Assembly (NCBI RefSeq): GCF_009914755.1
Contig: NC_060935.1
Direction: 5' to 3' (one strand)
Origin: the human T2T-CHM13v2.0 reference genome, Homo sapiens
DNA length: 64,000 bases
Positions 1-15,435 of this stretch are shown here, in pieces. How positions within the stretch are numbered: position 1 is the first letter of the stretch; every line of letters starts with the position of its first letter. Both the position numbers and the translations under genes were made by a program. The notes beneath the pieces were generated by a model. That model was not told the origin of the DNA and did not search any database. It worked only from the letters and a program-made list of their open reading frames with translations.

Positions 1-169
<169 letters not shown>

Positions 170-354
170 TTAAACACGGTATGTAGAAAAGAATAATTAT
201 TGAATCTGTACTGGTCTTTAACTTTTACACTTTGATCTTTAATTCTGTTATTGTGATTGAGTCCAAAGAAAAACAGTATGAGTAAAATAAAAAGAACACC
301 AAAAATGCTAATATTCTGTTTACCGAAGTCTGTAGTGAAATATCCCATTAAATC

Positions 355-660
355 CAAGTGCAGTGACACACCCATAATCCCAAGCACTTTGGGAGGCTGA
401 GGCGGGTGAATCTCCTGAAGTCAGGAGTTCAAGGCCAGCCTGGCCAACATGATGAAACCCCAACTCTACTACAAATACAAAAATTAGGCAGGCGTGGTGG
501 CAGACGCCTGTAATCCCAGCTACTTAGGAGGCTGAGGCAGGGAGAATTGCTTGAACCCAGGAGGTGAGCTTGCCATGAGCTGAGATCATACCACTGCACT
601 CCAGCGTGGGTGACAGAACAAAACTTCAACCTCCAAAAAAAAAAAAAAAAAAAAAAAACA
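355..660 (+). mobile_element. Alu SINE
   Basis: Dimeric Alu motifs (GCACTTTGGGAGGCTGAGG, TGTAATCCCAGCTAC, CACTGCACTCCAGC) and poly-A. Confidence 0.93.
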
Positions 661-1409
661 GCTAGCAGGTGACATTTGCTATAGGGAGTAGGGAGACTAG
701 GGATATGATCTTGCTGCAATCTTTCCATTTTAGTAAATCTAAACAGTGTGAATCCATTCTGTTTCGTCCCCACTCCACTCCAGAGCCAAAACAAGAAAAT
801 CAATTATATTTCTAGTTCTTTAAAAACATATCTAACTAAATCATCTAATTAAAAGATAATATGCATGGTTCCATACTCTAAAAGAAAACTTATGTCCTGC
901 ATATCATGGACATTTGATGAATGCTTATTCAGTTGACTGGTGTAGACTTCAATAATAACCTGTTCAATGCATTATGCCAGATGAATCTTGCATCTCAAAA
1001 GTAGAACAAATATTGTTCTTTCAGTTTTGTCTACCCATAAATGCAATATTTACTAATAAAAAGAAAATGAGTTTATTGTTCTAGAGAGTATGAGAATTTT
1101 GACAACATGAATTCTCCTGTCCTAGGACATAATTAATACTTAGAGGCATACTATTTCATGTGGAAGCTACCATTAAATCAATGTTAAGTGTTAATTACCT
1201 CACATAATCTTCTAATCTGACTTGACTGAAGACGTACCTGACAAAGTTGATTTATCAAGTTGTAAATCTTCACCTGTTGAATTCGTAAGTTCATGTCTGA
1301 AAGGTGAGAATAAATACTTAATATTCATTAGGCAATATTCAGCAAAGTAATATCCACTAGTACATATTTAATATTTCATCATGAACTGCGGGTGTGAAGA
1401 GAAAAGACA

Positions 1410-1708
1410 GGCTGGGCACAGTGGCTCACACCTGTAATCCCAGCAGTTTGGGAGGCCGAGGCAGGCAGATCATGAGGTCAGGAGTTCGAGACCAGCCTGG
1501 CCAACATGGTAAAACCCCGTCTGTACTAAAAGTACAATAATTAGCTGGGCATGGTGGCAGGCACCTGTAATCCCAGCTACTCGGGAGGCTGAGGCAGGAG
1601 AATTGCCTGAACCCAGGAGGTGGAGGTTGCAGAAACCATTATCACGCCACTGCATTCTAGCCTGGGCAAGAGAGCAAGATTCTGTCTCCATCAATCAATC
1701 AATAAAAA
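1410..1708 (+). mobile_element. Alu SINE
   Basis: Full dimeric Alu starting GGCTGGGCACAGTGGCTCAC. Confidence 0.95.
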
Positions 1709-2487
1709 TATAAGGAGGAAGCATTTACTGTGTATTTATATGTCTGGTATTATGTGAAGCACTTTACTATCTTATCAAATCTTCGGGACAGATCTTCAGT
1801 TCTCATGACCACAAAAGAGGATATTAAAGCTCAGACAGGAGAAGAGACGTGGCCAGCCTGTGTCCCCAGGGCCTATGGTCTTACCACTAGGTTACAGTGT
1901 TTCCAGATATCACATGTTGTGAGATTTTTGCTTTAAAATGAACCAAAAAAAAACCAAAGGTGAAAAAGGCATAAGCTATTAAAAAGTGGGAGAAACACTA
2001 AGAGAACCTTAAGCATGTAACTAAAAATATTATGGAAATGTTATTGAATTTATTAGCAAATTTAGTGCTAGGTTTTCATTGAGGAGTAGGTTATATTACT
2101 CATGATGAAGAAAAATGTTCATTTTAAGTATATTAACATAAATACCATCAATATTGTTTATCATGTTTAAATGTTCACTTAAAGCAATTCAGTTAAAATT
2201 CTGCATATCATACAATTTTATAGTTTGCTAGTAGGTTACAAGTAAATAGTCACCCAAATAAAAACATCATGTTTTCCACTGGTTGTTGCTCTTTTTTAGG
2301 TGAGTATTTGATGTATACCAACAGAGAGAGGATAATAACAAATCGCTAATTTCTTTCATCACTATATAAAGGTGGCTTCAGGATAGAATAGTATCAGGGC
2401 AATGATGAATTTGAAATCTAACATCAATTCAGTGATGCATCAAGATAAAAGTAGAGACAACAGGGGCACCTTGGTGAGTACTGAACA

Positions 2488-2787
2488 TTTTATTTATTTA
2501 TTTATTTTGAGATGGAGTTTTGCTCTTTTTGCCCAGGCTACAGTGCAATGGTGCCAACCTCACCTCACTGCAACCTCTGCCTCCTGGGTTCAAGCGATTC
2601 TCCTGCCTTGGCCTCCCGAATAGCTGGGATTACAGACATGCGCCACCACACCTGTCTAATTTTGTATTTTTAGTAGAGACGGGGTTTCTCCATGTTGGTC
2701 AGGCTGGTCTCGAACTCCCGACCTAGATATCTGCCTGCCTTGGCCTCCCAAAGTGCTGGGATTACAGGTGTGAGCCACCGCGCCCAG
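2488..2787 (-). mobile_element. Alu SINE
   Basis: Reverse-complement Alu with (TTTA)n tail. Confidence 0.95.
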
Positions 2788-2848
2788 ATGAATTCCAAAT
2801 TTAACAAAGCAGACTAAGAGAAACAATTCATTTAAAAAAATAATATTT

Positions 2849-3146
2849 GGCCAGGCATGGTGGCTCACACCTATAATCCCAGCACTTTGGGAGGCTGAGG
2901 TGAGTGGATGAGGAGGTCAGCAGTTCAAGACCAGCCTAGCCAAGATCATGAAACCCCGTCTCTACTAAAAATACAAAAATCAGCCAGGCATGGTGGCTGG
3001 TGCCTGTAATCCTAGCTGCTCGGGAGGCTGAGGCAGAGAACTGCTTGAACCCGGGAGGCGGAGGTTGCAGTGAGCCGAGATCGTGCCACTGCACTCCAGC
3101 CTGGGCGACAGAGTGAGGCTCCGTCTCAAAAAAAATAAATAAATAA
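2849..3146 (+). mobile_element. Alu SINE
   Basis: Full dimeric Alu with (AAAT)n tail. Confidence 0.95.
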
Positions 3147-3838
3147 TTCAATGAAATTCCTAAGATCCAGGGCTTTGCAATAAATATGTAAATAAATTTC
3201 CAATCTCCATACTGAAAGTTTAAAAGAAATGCTAACTAATAACTAAAGAAATACAACTTTTCCTCAGCTTTGCAGCAATCTAGAAACAAAGTGTGTAGAC
3301 ACTACAAAGCACCTTACAAGGAGAAACATGTAAGGATGGCATGACTCGCCGGCAGCCCTGGGCTTGTCCATGGTACCCCCATGATGAACAGTAACTCCAC
3401 TGTGTAAACGCCCATGAACATAAGATTACAAGACTTTTCCAGTTTAGACATACCATATTTTCTTTCAGACAATTCTTCAGTTTGTTTACGTAGATCAGCG
3501 ATACGATGATTCCATTTCTCTGAAAACCAAGCAAAAGTTGCTTCTCAATAACACATCCCTATGTCAGAGCAGCACTAACGTATAATGACTGATTTCATAT
3601 ATTTTACATTCTAACAGTCCATATCATTTTACTGCTTTCAAGAAAAAATTTCCCCTTCTTGGTGGTTCTTAGAATTGGTTTAATGGGAGACTATTAGAGA
3701 AGCTGAAAAGCAGGAGGGCAGAAAAGTTCAATCAAATTAAACACAATAACAGGGAGGTCACAATGAGGCGGTCTCCAGGGGTCTTTTAGCAAACTTCCTA
3801 AAACATGTCTCAGCTGTGTGAAATAAGACTTTACAGCA

Positions 3839-4142
3839 GCCGGGTGCAGTGGTGCAGGCCTGTAATCCCAGCACTTTGGCAGCAGAGGCAGGCGGATCAC
3901 TTTGAGCTCAGGGCAACATAGCCAAAACCCCCCTCCCTAGCCCCACCCCCACCCCGTCCCTACCAAAAATACAAAACAGCAGGGCATGGTGGCGGGCGCC
4001 TGTAGTCCCAGCTACTCAGGAGGCTGAGGCAGGAGAATCACCTGAACCCAGGAGGCAGACATTGCAGTGAGCCAAGATCACGCCACTGCCAGCCTGGATG
4101 ACAGAGCAAGACTCCACCTCAAAAAAAACAAAAACAAAAACA
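3839..4142 (+). mobile_element. Alu SINE (left arm rearranged)
   Basis: Alu motifs with a C-rich insertion in the left arm and an A-rich tail. Confidence 0.88.
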
Positions 4143-4269
4143 CAAGGTTAAGAGGGACCCCCGACCTTACAGATACAAGTTTAAGAGGGACCCCTAAGCA
4201 AAAAATGCCAACCCTTTTTCTCCCAATCATTGAAACACCAGGAGGGTGTAACAGTTTTGCAGCCTAGCT

Positions 4270-4697
4270 GTAGCAGGCTGATGCCCCCAAGATGCCCATA
4301 TCCTAATCCCGGGAACTGGTGAACATGACCTTATATGGCAAAAGGAGCTTTGCAGATATAATGAAGTTAAGGGTCTTTGGCTTTTGGGGTTGATGTACTC
4401 ACTCGGATCCTTGTAAGAGCAGAGCAGGTGATGGAGAGGGTGGGAGGTGTAGTGACAGAAGCAGGAAACTCCAGTCATTCGAGACGGACAGCACAAGCTG
4501 AGGAGTGCAGGCCACCTCTACGGCCAGGAAACGGATTCTCCCGCAGAGCCTCGGAAGCTACCGACCCTGCTCCCACCTTGACTCAGTAGGACTTACTGTA
4601 GAATTCTGGCCTTCAGACCTGTAAGGGAATACATTTTGGTTGTTTTAAGTCACTAAGTGTGTGGTAATTTGTTGCAGCAGCCACAGGAAACTAGTAT
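4270..4697 (+). mobile_element. MaLR LTR (MLT1-like)
   Basis: TATGGCAAAAGGAGCTTTGCAGAT and terminal GTGTGGTAATTTGTTGCAGCAGCCACAGGAAACTA, typical of MLT1 LTRs. Confidence 0.75.
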
Positions 4698-4727
4698 TGT
4701 AGTGAAGCCTCAAAACCCCCCTGAAGG

Positions 4728-5033
4728 GGCTGGGCTCAGTGGCTCATGCCTGTAATCCCAGCACTTTGGGAGGCCGAGATGGGTGGATCACTTGAGGTCA
4801 GGAGTTCGAGACCAGCCCAGCCAACATGGTGAAATGCCATCTATACAAAAAATACAAAAACTAGCCGGGCATGGTGGCACATGCCTGTAATCTCAGCTAC
4901 TCAGGAGGCTGAGACAGGAGAATTGTTTGAACCCAGGGGGGCAGAGGTTGCAGTGAACTGAGATTCCACCACTGCACTCCAGCCTGGGTGACAGAGCGAC
5001 GCTCCATCTCGAAAACAAAACAAAACAAAAAAA
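4728..5033 (+). mobile_element. Alu SINE
   Basis: Full dimeric Alu with (AAAAC)n tail. Confidence 0.95.
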
Positions 5034-5213
5034 CCCCACCTGAAGGTTTCCAGTTCTGCCAGCACTCTCCCACCCAACCCCCAGAAACAGACATTCCATT
5101 GCTGTGGGCCATGGACAGGCAGAAGGAAGCACCTCCTCATGGCAGAGGCCTACCCAGGAGAAACCCAAGGGAAGGCACTACTGGGCTGGCCCCTCTCTGC
5201 CAAGGCCATATTC

Positions 5214-5503
5214 TTTTTTTTTTTTTGAGGCCAGTTTCACTCTGTCTCCCAGACTGGAGTGCAGGGGCACAATCTCGGCTCACTTCGACCTCTGCCTCCC
5301 CAGTTCAAGTGATTCTCCTGCCTCAGTCTCCTGAGTAGCTGGGATGACAGGAGTGTAGCATGCCTAGCTAATTTTTGTATTTCTAGTAGAGATGCGGTTT
5401 TGCCATGTTGCCCAGGCTGGACTCGAACTCCTTGCCTCAAGTAGTCCACCTGTCTCAGCCCCGCAAAGTGCTGGTATTACAGGAGTGAGCCACTGCACCC
5501 AGC
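5214..5503 (-). mobile_element. Alu SINE
   Basis: Reverse-complement dimeric Alu after poly-T. Confidence 0.93.
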
Positions 5504-6288
5504 ATTTGCCAAGACCTTTGATGGCAGGCTTTTTCCAGGTGATCAGTCCTTGTCTGGTCTGGCTCTGCCCCACTCTCCTTCTCACCTAGTTGGAATCCCT
5601 AGCTACTTTTCAGTAGAGGAGAGTGTGTACCCCAATCCCAGCTTGGTTCAGATCTGCATTTAACTCATGGAACCTGGCTGCTCCCCAGGTTCTGAAGAAA
5701 AAAACGGTCTCTCTGTGGGTATGATAAAGGATGGGCCTGTCCCCAGGACCCTGTGAGAGGGAAGCCCAATGTCCCACCAGGTTGGCAGGGCTGGGGAAGG
5801 GAAAGTGTTATGGCAGCCCCAAGAAAAAAAAGAGGCAGCAGAGGGAGCAGGACAGCGCTCACATGGAACTCATGCCACTGCCTGAGGGGAGGGAGGAGTG
5901 CACGCCAGTGACGTCAGGGGGCAGAGAGGCGCAGTTCCAGGGCGGCTTTCCCCCTCACTTCCTGCCATGTTACTCTGATCGCCTCCAGGTGAGCCTGCCC
6001 ACTTTGTGCCCAGGGGCCTGTAGAAAACCACAGCTCCCCATGGTTATGGCCCCAGGAGTGGGGCAGAGCAGGGAGGAGTCCTGGACAGAGGAGAGGCAGG
6101 GGCAGGAGGGAGTGGGCCTCAAACTCCAGGAGGGGGCCCTTCTCATGGGTCCTGCTTTCTGGCTTCTCCTTCCTTACCCCTGGGCTGATCACTTGGGGAA
6201 GAACTGAGACAAAGTTTCTCACCCTCAGGCCCAAAGGGTTTAATTACTGGGCCCTTAGGGAGGTGTGAGCCCCCTGAAAGGATGCAAG

Positions 6289-6590
<302 letters not shown>

Positions 6591-8969
6591 ACGATGAAAG
6601 GTTTTGTGTGGAGAGCATGTACATGCCTTTCTGGGAAAACAGTCCACAGCTCTTATTCTCAGCAGGCTTCACGGTGAAAAAAGGTTAGAACTCTTGCTAC
6701 AGAGCTGTGGAAGCAGCCAGGTGAGGGGCCTGCCAAGGGCACTCTGGGCACTACCTGGGCACTCTCGAGCCCATCATCCCCTAGGCAGGCTGCACTGCTT
6801 GGTATTTGCAGAGCTGAGGGGGTGGGGCATGTGGGGACTGTGAAATCGCCCTGAGATGACCCACAGTCCTCAGCTAGGAAGTGAGCGCTGCATCTCCTGC
6901 AGCGTCCTCCATCCCTAGAGCCATGGGGCCAGGAGAACCGGCCCTTGCAGCAAGTGAAAAGCCTATTATTGATTCCCTCCCTAGCCATGTAGACAGTGAA
7001 CCAAGACACTCATATCAGGTAAATGCCTTGTTCTCTGTTACCAAGGTAACCAGTAGGCATTCCCAGATACAGCAAAGGTCCTCACACCAAGATATGCACC
7101 TGGCCACCTGAGGAAAGAGAAAGGACTATCTGAGGGGATGGGGCTGAGCTGGGTGTGGAGTGGTCCTTGTGGGTCTTGGAGAGTGGGAGGGGGAGCAGCA
7201 TGAGCCAGGCCTCGAGGCAGAAGGACAACCAGGAGACAGCCTGGAAAAAGTGCTGGACCCACAAGGGCTCAAGGCTGGCCAGAGGGGAGGTGGGATAGGC
7301 TGTAAAGTCCTGAGGTCTGAAGATTGGCCCTGGCAGGAAGAAACCAGGTAAGGTGGGGTGTTACCTACACCCTCGGGGCCAGATGCAGGCCAGAGCCAGC
7401 CAATTACCAGGCCCTTAGGGAGGTGTGAGCCCCTTGAAATGATGCAAGGTTTTTTGTTTTTGTTTTGGAGACGGAGTTTCGCTCTTGTCACACAGGCTGG
7501 CACCTTTGCCCAGAGCAGGCACCAAGACTTCTGGCTCTGGGTGTGACCTCAGTCTGGGTAAAAGCCCCAGCCCCCACCAGCACCACCTACCCCCTAGACT
7601 ACTTCAGGTGCTGAGCCCAAGCCAGGGGCAGGAAGCTAAACTGATGCCTAGGGTAATCCCAACAAAGTCCCTGGTTCCCCACAGCTATGGGGCTGATGGG
7701 GAATTACAGCCCAAACCCCAGATGCTGGCTCTCAAACTAACACTGAGCCCTCAGTGCCCACAGGGAGATACAATCAGCGCACTTTCCAGATGGGGAAATG
7801 GGATCAGAGAAGTGCAACAGCCTTGCCCAATGCCCCAGACCAGGGCTCCAGGCCCAGAGTGTTCTTTTGTCACTGTGTTCAGAGGGCAGCAGCTGCTGTG
7901 ATGTACCCACCTGAGCCTGGCAGCTTTCTCCAACTTTGGAAGCCCAGGAGCATGGCCCCTGTCCACAGATGCACCTGGCATGAGGCGTGCCCAGAGGGAC
8001 AGAGGCAGATGAGTTTCGTCTCCTCCACTGGATTGTGAGGGCCTAGAAGGAGACAAGGGTCTGCTTGAGAAGGCAGTGAACAGCGAGCAGCCTGAGGCAG
8101 TGCCCCTCTGGATGGATGCGCAGTGCCTGGATGGAACCTGGCTCAGACAGAGCTCAGTTCTGCAGGTCCCTGAGGCATGGAGAGTTCACAGCTACCAAGT
8201 GTAGGAGTCTGGATTCAAAGCCAACGGCGTCACTCCAAAGTCCCTGCCCTAGCCCCTGGACCACCCTTGCAGGCCCATCAGATGCCCAGGCCAGCAGCAC
8301 AGCCGGCCAAGACCAGGGAAACTTGGGGAGCCTCAGAGCACCCCCAGGTATTCCAACCTAACCCTGGTGCCCCGCCTCTCACCACCCTTCTTCCTGCTTT
8401 AACCTCAACCCTACACAAAGCCTGGGCCACTTAATGTGGCATCAAACAGACGCCTCAATAAATCAGTCTAATCTCGAAAAAAAAAAGACTTAACAGATAT
8501 ACAATTGCACGTTAGAATGCTAAAGACCATAAACATAGAACAACTCAAAGTACATATAAATTCAACATATATCCAATCATTGTAACTATGACACAGTAGA
8601 ATATTAAAATACTATTTTCAAAATGTATACAAGCTTAATGTTCTATGTATTCAAACTATTCAAAATACAAATCATCAACATAAATTGCCACTAATATTCA
8701 GTCCCTTCACAGGACATGATTCACTGGGAGTTAATAAATTAGCAGCCGGCAGGCAGTGACACACCGCAAAAATGAAAACCAAGAGGTGAAATAGTTCTGA
8801 AATAAAGGTTTTAAAGCTAACAGAAATCACTGAATTACTAAGTCATTAGCACTAATTTTGAGCCAACTAACTAATTAATATGAGATGATACAATGTCCTA
8901 TACTTTGGTAAATACAGACTATGTTTAAACAATGTCTGTAACGTGACTTGTAAAATGCTCCTGGCTTTA

Positions 8970-9185
<216 letters not shown>

Positions 9186-9729
9186 TTAGAAGGTGGGGAA
9201 TAATCATCATCTTGAAAAAGAAAAAATGGTCATTACTGAAGGAACCATCTTAGGTTACAGCCACCTCTGGGTCAATTCCCAACATTCAAAAGCTGAGCAG
9301 GGCTTTAAAGCTATCTTATTAATAATTATTTCTGTATTGCGAACTTCAGCATACTTTTTTCTAGTTACATTTGAAATGTTATTCTTTTGGGATGTGCTCA
9401 AGTGAGTACTGCTTTTTCCTCTGCCTTGCTTCATTACTTTTTAGTTTCCTTCATTTGAATCATCATTGTAAGTCTCCCCTTCTCCTCAAATAACTTTCAA
9501 ATTGCTGCCAAGAACTATGTTCTATCTTAAGGCTTTTGAGAAAAAACTTTCAATGAAGATAGCCGCCTAAAGTTATACAAATATAGAAGAAACGGGATAA
9601 AATAAAGCTTAGATTGGAAAAAATATTTAAGATTCTACAAAATTCACGCGTAAACAAGGGAAGCTGAGTAATTGTATGTTCAAATACTTTTAACAAGTGC
9701 AAAACATGTAGGCTTAAAGAAATAGAGCT

Positions 9730-10300
<571 letters not shown>

Positions 10301-10510
10301 GAGGGCTACATTATTTATGAAACAGATACTGTTAACTCAGTCACCAGAAAGCCTGTGTATAAATGAGCAGTGAGATATTCAAGCACAGCACACACACACT
10401 TCTCAGGACAGCTGTCGTGAGTGTTCCATGCTCGTTTCCTTCTGGATACATCAGCAACTCACTCTGCTATGATCCTGCAATACATCTCATGTTAGAATTA
10501 GAGACATCTG

Positions 10511-10883
<373 letters not shown>

Positions 10884-10924
10884 CTATTAAGCTTGCTGCT
10901 TACACATCATCTATAAAATACTGA

Positions 10925-11238
<314 letters not shown>

Positions 11239-11249
11239 AGAAACCCTTA

Positions 11250-11582
<333 letters not shown>

Positions 11583-14033
11583 CTAAAAAAAAGACTCCAT
11601 TTCAAAAACAAAACTAAAACCAAAAACACAACACAAATGTAGTACACAAATGAAAATAATTACTGTGTTAAACACAGTTTCATAGAAAATAAAAGACCAA
11701 TCAAATACAATAAGCTGCCTTTTTAGATGGGTATGTTATTCTTCTTTCACAGCTAAAGAAACAGGCTCAGAGAATGTTATTTGATTGGACCGTGTTGCAT
11801 TTCTGGACAGTGCAGCTGAGATCAGACTTTGTGTGTAACTCCACTAGCCTACCAGGGTGCCTCTCATAAAGGTAAGAAATGTAAATTTGGCCTAATATAC
11901 AAAGTTGCCAGGGCAGCACTGGGTCAATTCTACATACAGTACTTCTATGTTCATCAAGGGAAACCTTAAGGGAAAGTGAAAATGCTTCTAGAAGGCGACT
12001 GGACACCAGCGCCTTTGCTTGTTGCCTTTGGGCTCTTCTTCTAAGGCCAACAGTGACCTGAAATTATTGACTGGCTTTTCCAATCAAGTGGACAAAATGG
12101 TACCAAGGTCGCCAACATCGATGTAGAACATCGATGTTCTACAACATTGCTTAACGCAAGGGGAGACGCTCCTGACTCAGAGTGTTTAATTGCTCACCTA
12201 CTTCTTTTTCTGCCCTCTTGGGCTTCTGAAATGAAAAGAACCCTGGGGTGATACAGTGAGTCAAAGGGGTGCCAGCCGCATCACAGCAAAATAGATTCCT
12301 AAAAAATCCCTGGCCTAAGATGACAGCCTTGGCTGGATCAGTTTGAATGTGCTGATAGTGGACATGGTAGAATGAAGGTGGTTGAAATGTTCATATTAAA
12401 GAACTTCCACCCAGATTGCAAGAAAAGAGAGAAGAATGGAGACGGCAGCACAAGCCCCTACAATAAAAGCAGATGTTTTGAGATCAGTTATATTTCTTCT
12501 GACAAAAATTAAAGACAGAAACCAAAGTTTAGCCTGAGACTACAATTAATTGGGCAATAAGCCAGAGGCACATATGGCATAAGACAGATTTAAACATTTC
12601 TCCCTGATATTAATACAAACACTAAAATTACAAATACATGGATTCCAAATAAAACAAATATTTAAAAAATTTAATGAATAAACACTGGGGTCTACAGTAG
12701 TATTTGAAGGAGATCTCACAAACAGGTTTGGTTTTTGAAGGTTAGAACTGGTGGTCTAGAGAATTCATTTCATTCCAGAGAAAGAAAGAGAGGAATTTCT
12801 TGGGTTCCTTCAGGAATGCGTCTAGCTTTGCCTCATCTTTGTTTGAACTATGGATACGGCAGAAGAAAACATAAGGATTTCACAGATTTAAGGTGCAAAA
12901 AGTCACTGGGTTCTCTAAGAAGTCTGGGATTCTTCTGCTGGAAAAATAAGTTTGTTGAGAAAAAATGAGTTGGAGGAGGCTGTTATTGAAGTGAAGCAGA
13001 ATTGTTTTTACTAATCTGCTTATTACCCACTCTGTAGCGTGGAAACAAATTATTCATGCACAAGGTCCTCTTACTGTTCCTAGAATGCAGTGGAAAGAGA
13101 ACAGATTAGTTTTCCTCCCTCAGAACACAACCCCTAGAAACATCCTACCTCAGATGAGATATTGCCTAATTATTTTCAAAAGACAGTGAAACATCATGGA
13201 TGTAAATGTTTGCTACAAAATAAATACATGCTAGAAACAGAAGCATCTGGGTCACAGCTATATTAGAGCTACCTGTGTTCCCCTGTCACTGACATTAAAA
13301 CAAAAATGTCCAATACAATCATTCACAGCGTGGGAGAGGGGAAGTTGAAGGATGGAAAGGCCAGGCATAAAAGGATTTCAGAATTTCCGTCCATAAGGAA
13401 GTGGCTTTGTGCACTGTCTGTTACTGCGTGCAAGGTGAAATTTGAAGAATGAAAACGTGCAGTAACAAGGGCTCCTTTGTCCAACTCACCTCTCCAGATA
13501 CCAACTTTCAGACATGTTGCATTTTAATTGAAAGGTTGATATAATTTTTTTTAAAGAACACTTGCGGTGTTTGAAGTGACAAAGGCTGCTGTGACAAAAA
13601 AGCAGGGAAAGGGAATTTTTTTTAAAAAAGCAAACAACAACAACAAAAACCCCACAGAAAAGCAAACAACAAACAAACAAAAAACAGAGGAAGAAGTTGA
13701 ACACCCCGGGCTGTGACTACTTCCAGGAAGGGGCTACAAGAGGCAGTTGGAAATTCTATTTGTTTTGCAACTGTGGGTTTTCCGGCCTGCTTCCTTTCTA
13801 AAGTATATTACTCTGCTTTTGGTTCATGAAGTTATCCATTTCTGTTTTCTGGAACAGCTATGTATTTTCTTTATCTATCATCTATCTATCTATTTACCAT
13901 CTATCTTTTCTACCTTTCGCTATCAAGAGCTTGTGTCAAGCAGGATAGAATTCCAGTGTATGTTCACTCTACCGTTTAAAACAAGAGCTCTTGTGGGCAT
14001 TCTCCATCACATCATAAACCTGAGCTTTCTAAA

Positions 14034-14255
14034 ACAGAGTGTGGCAAACTACCATGCATGGACCATGTCTGACACAGTCTGCGTTTGTAAGTAAAGTTGT
14101 AATGGGACACAGCCAATACATGTGTTACATAATGTCTCTGGCTACTTTCATGGTATAATGGAAGAGCTGAGTCATTGAGAGAGAGACCATATGGCTTGGA
14201 AAACTTAAAATATTTAACATTTAGCCCCTTGCAGAAAATACTTGCTGACTCTTGT
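14034..14255. mobile_element. hAT-Charlie DNA transposon relic (MER58-like)
   Basis: Ends CAGAGTGTGGCAAACT... and ...CTTGCTGACTCTTG form imperfect TIRs; internal GTAAAGTTGTAATGGGACACAGCCA resembles MER58. Confidence 0.6.
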
Positions 14256-15435
14256 TTTAAAAGATCTCTGTTTAGAATGCTACCTATTGCGTTCTGGATA
14301 GAATCACAACTCTTTACCACAATTGACACAGCTTCAGCCCTGCTTCTATATCCAGCCTCATCTATTTCTGCTCCTCCTCCTTATTTTCCTTCTGGCCATG
14401 CTGATGGATTGTCAGCTTCCCAGATGTGCAAGAATCTCTCCTCCCTTCCCAACATTCTCATGCTCTCCCTCTGCCTCTCAAGAACTTCCTGCCCCATCTC
14501 TCATGACAAATCCTTTCTACATTCTTTAAGATGCAGCCCCTTTGCTCCTTCCTTAAGGATGTCTGTCTGGCTCTATTTTGGGTGACGTGCTCCTTCTGCA
14601 TCTCCCAGAGCCAGCCTGTGTGTGTCAGCTACAACATTTCTTTGCATCTCTGTGTCATATATCACCAAATCTACCTAAGCTTGCATGAGTCACTGCATGA
14701 CAACTTCAGACTCCACCAGCATTGTCCCCACTAACCACAAGGCTTAGACATTCGTCCAGTATGCTCGGGGTTGTGGGGTGGTAGCAGTAACCAGCTGGTG
14801 ACCATCATTTCTTACATCAGAATCAAATCTGTAGATCTCTGCCATTCGTAAGTATTTGGAGTTTAAAATTAGCATAAAGATTTTCCTTAAAATAAGAACA
14901 AATGGCTTGAGTAGGCTTTTGGAACATAGGATGTTTCCACTGGTTCATTTCTGTGTTCAATATTCCCACATGAATCTAAACACGACTCTGCTCTTAGTAG
15001 CTATGTGACCCTGGGAAAGTCACTCAATCTCCCGCAGCTAAATTTTGTTGTGTGAGTAATGAGGAGTTGTGATTTGTATTTAGAGAATAATAACAAACAA
15101 AAGGCATTTAGCTTTCTGGAACCTGGTATGTAGTAGAACCTCATGAAATACTAGCTCTGTTGATAAAACTAGACTGAAAGACGCTTTCAAAGTCAACAAC
15201 AGTTTGAGGCAGTGAAGGACGTAGAGGAGAAGCTGCTGCTGCAGCCTGTAGCTCCTGGAAGCCCGTTTAGTCCATGATTTAGCAGGAATGCATTACCCTT
15301 CCATGAGGAGGCACTGCCCACAGAAACCAAGGACATTCTTTGAAGACAAACATGTCTTAATAGCCTTTACATTATGTAATAGTGTAATACAAATAATAAT
15401 TTATTATTAGTAATAATGTGAAATTATTTACAGTA

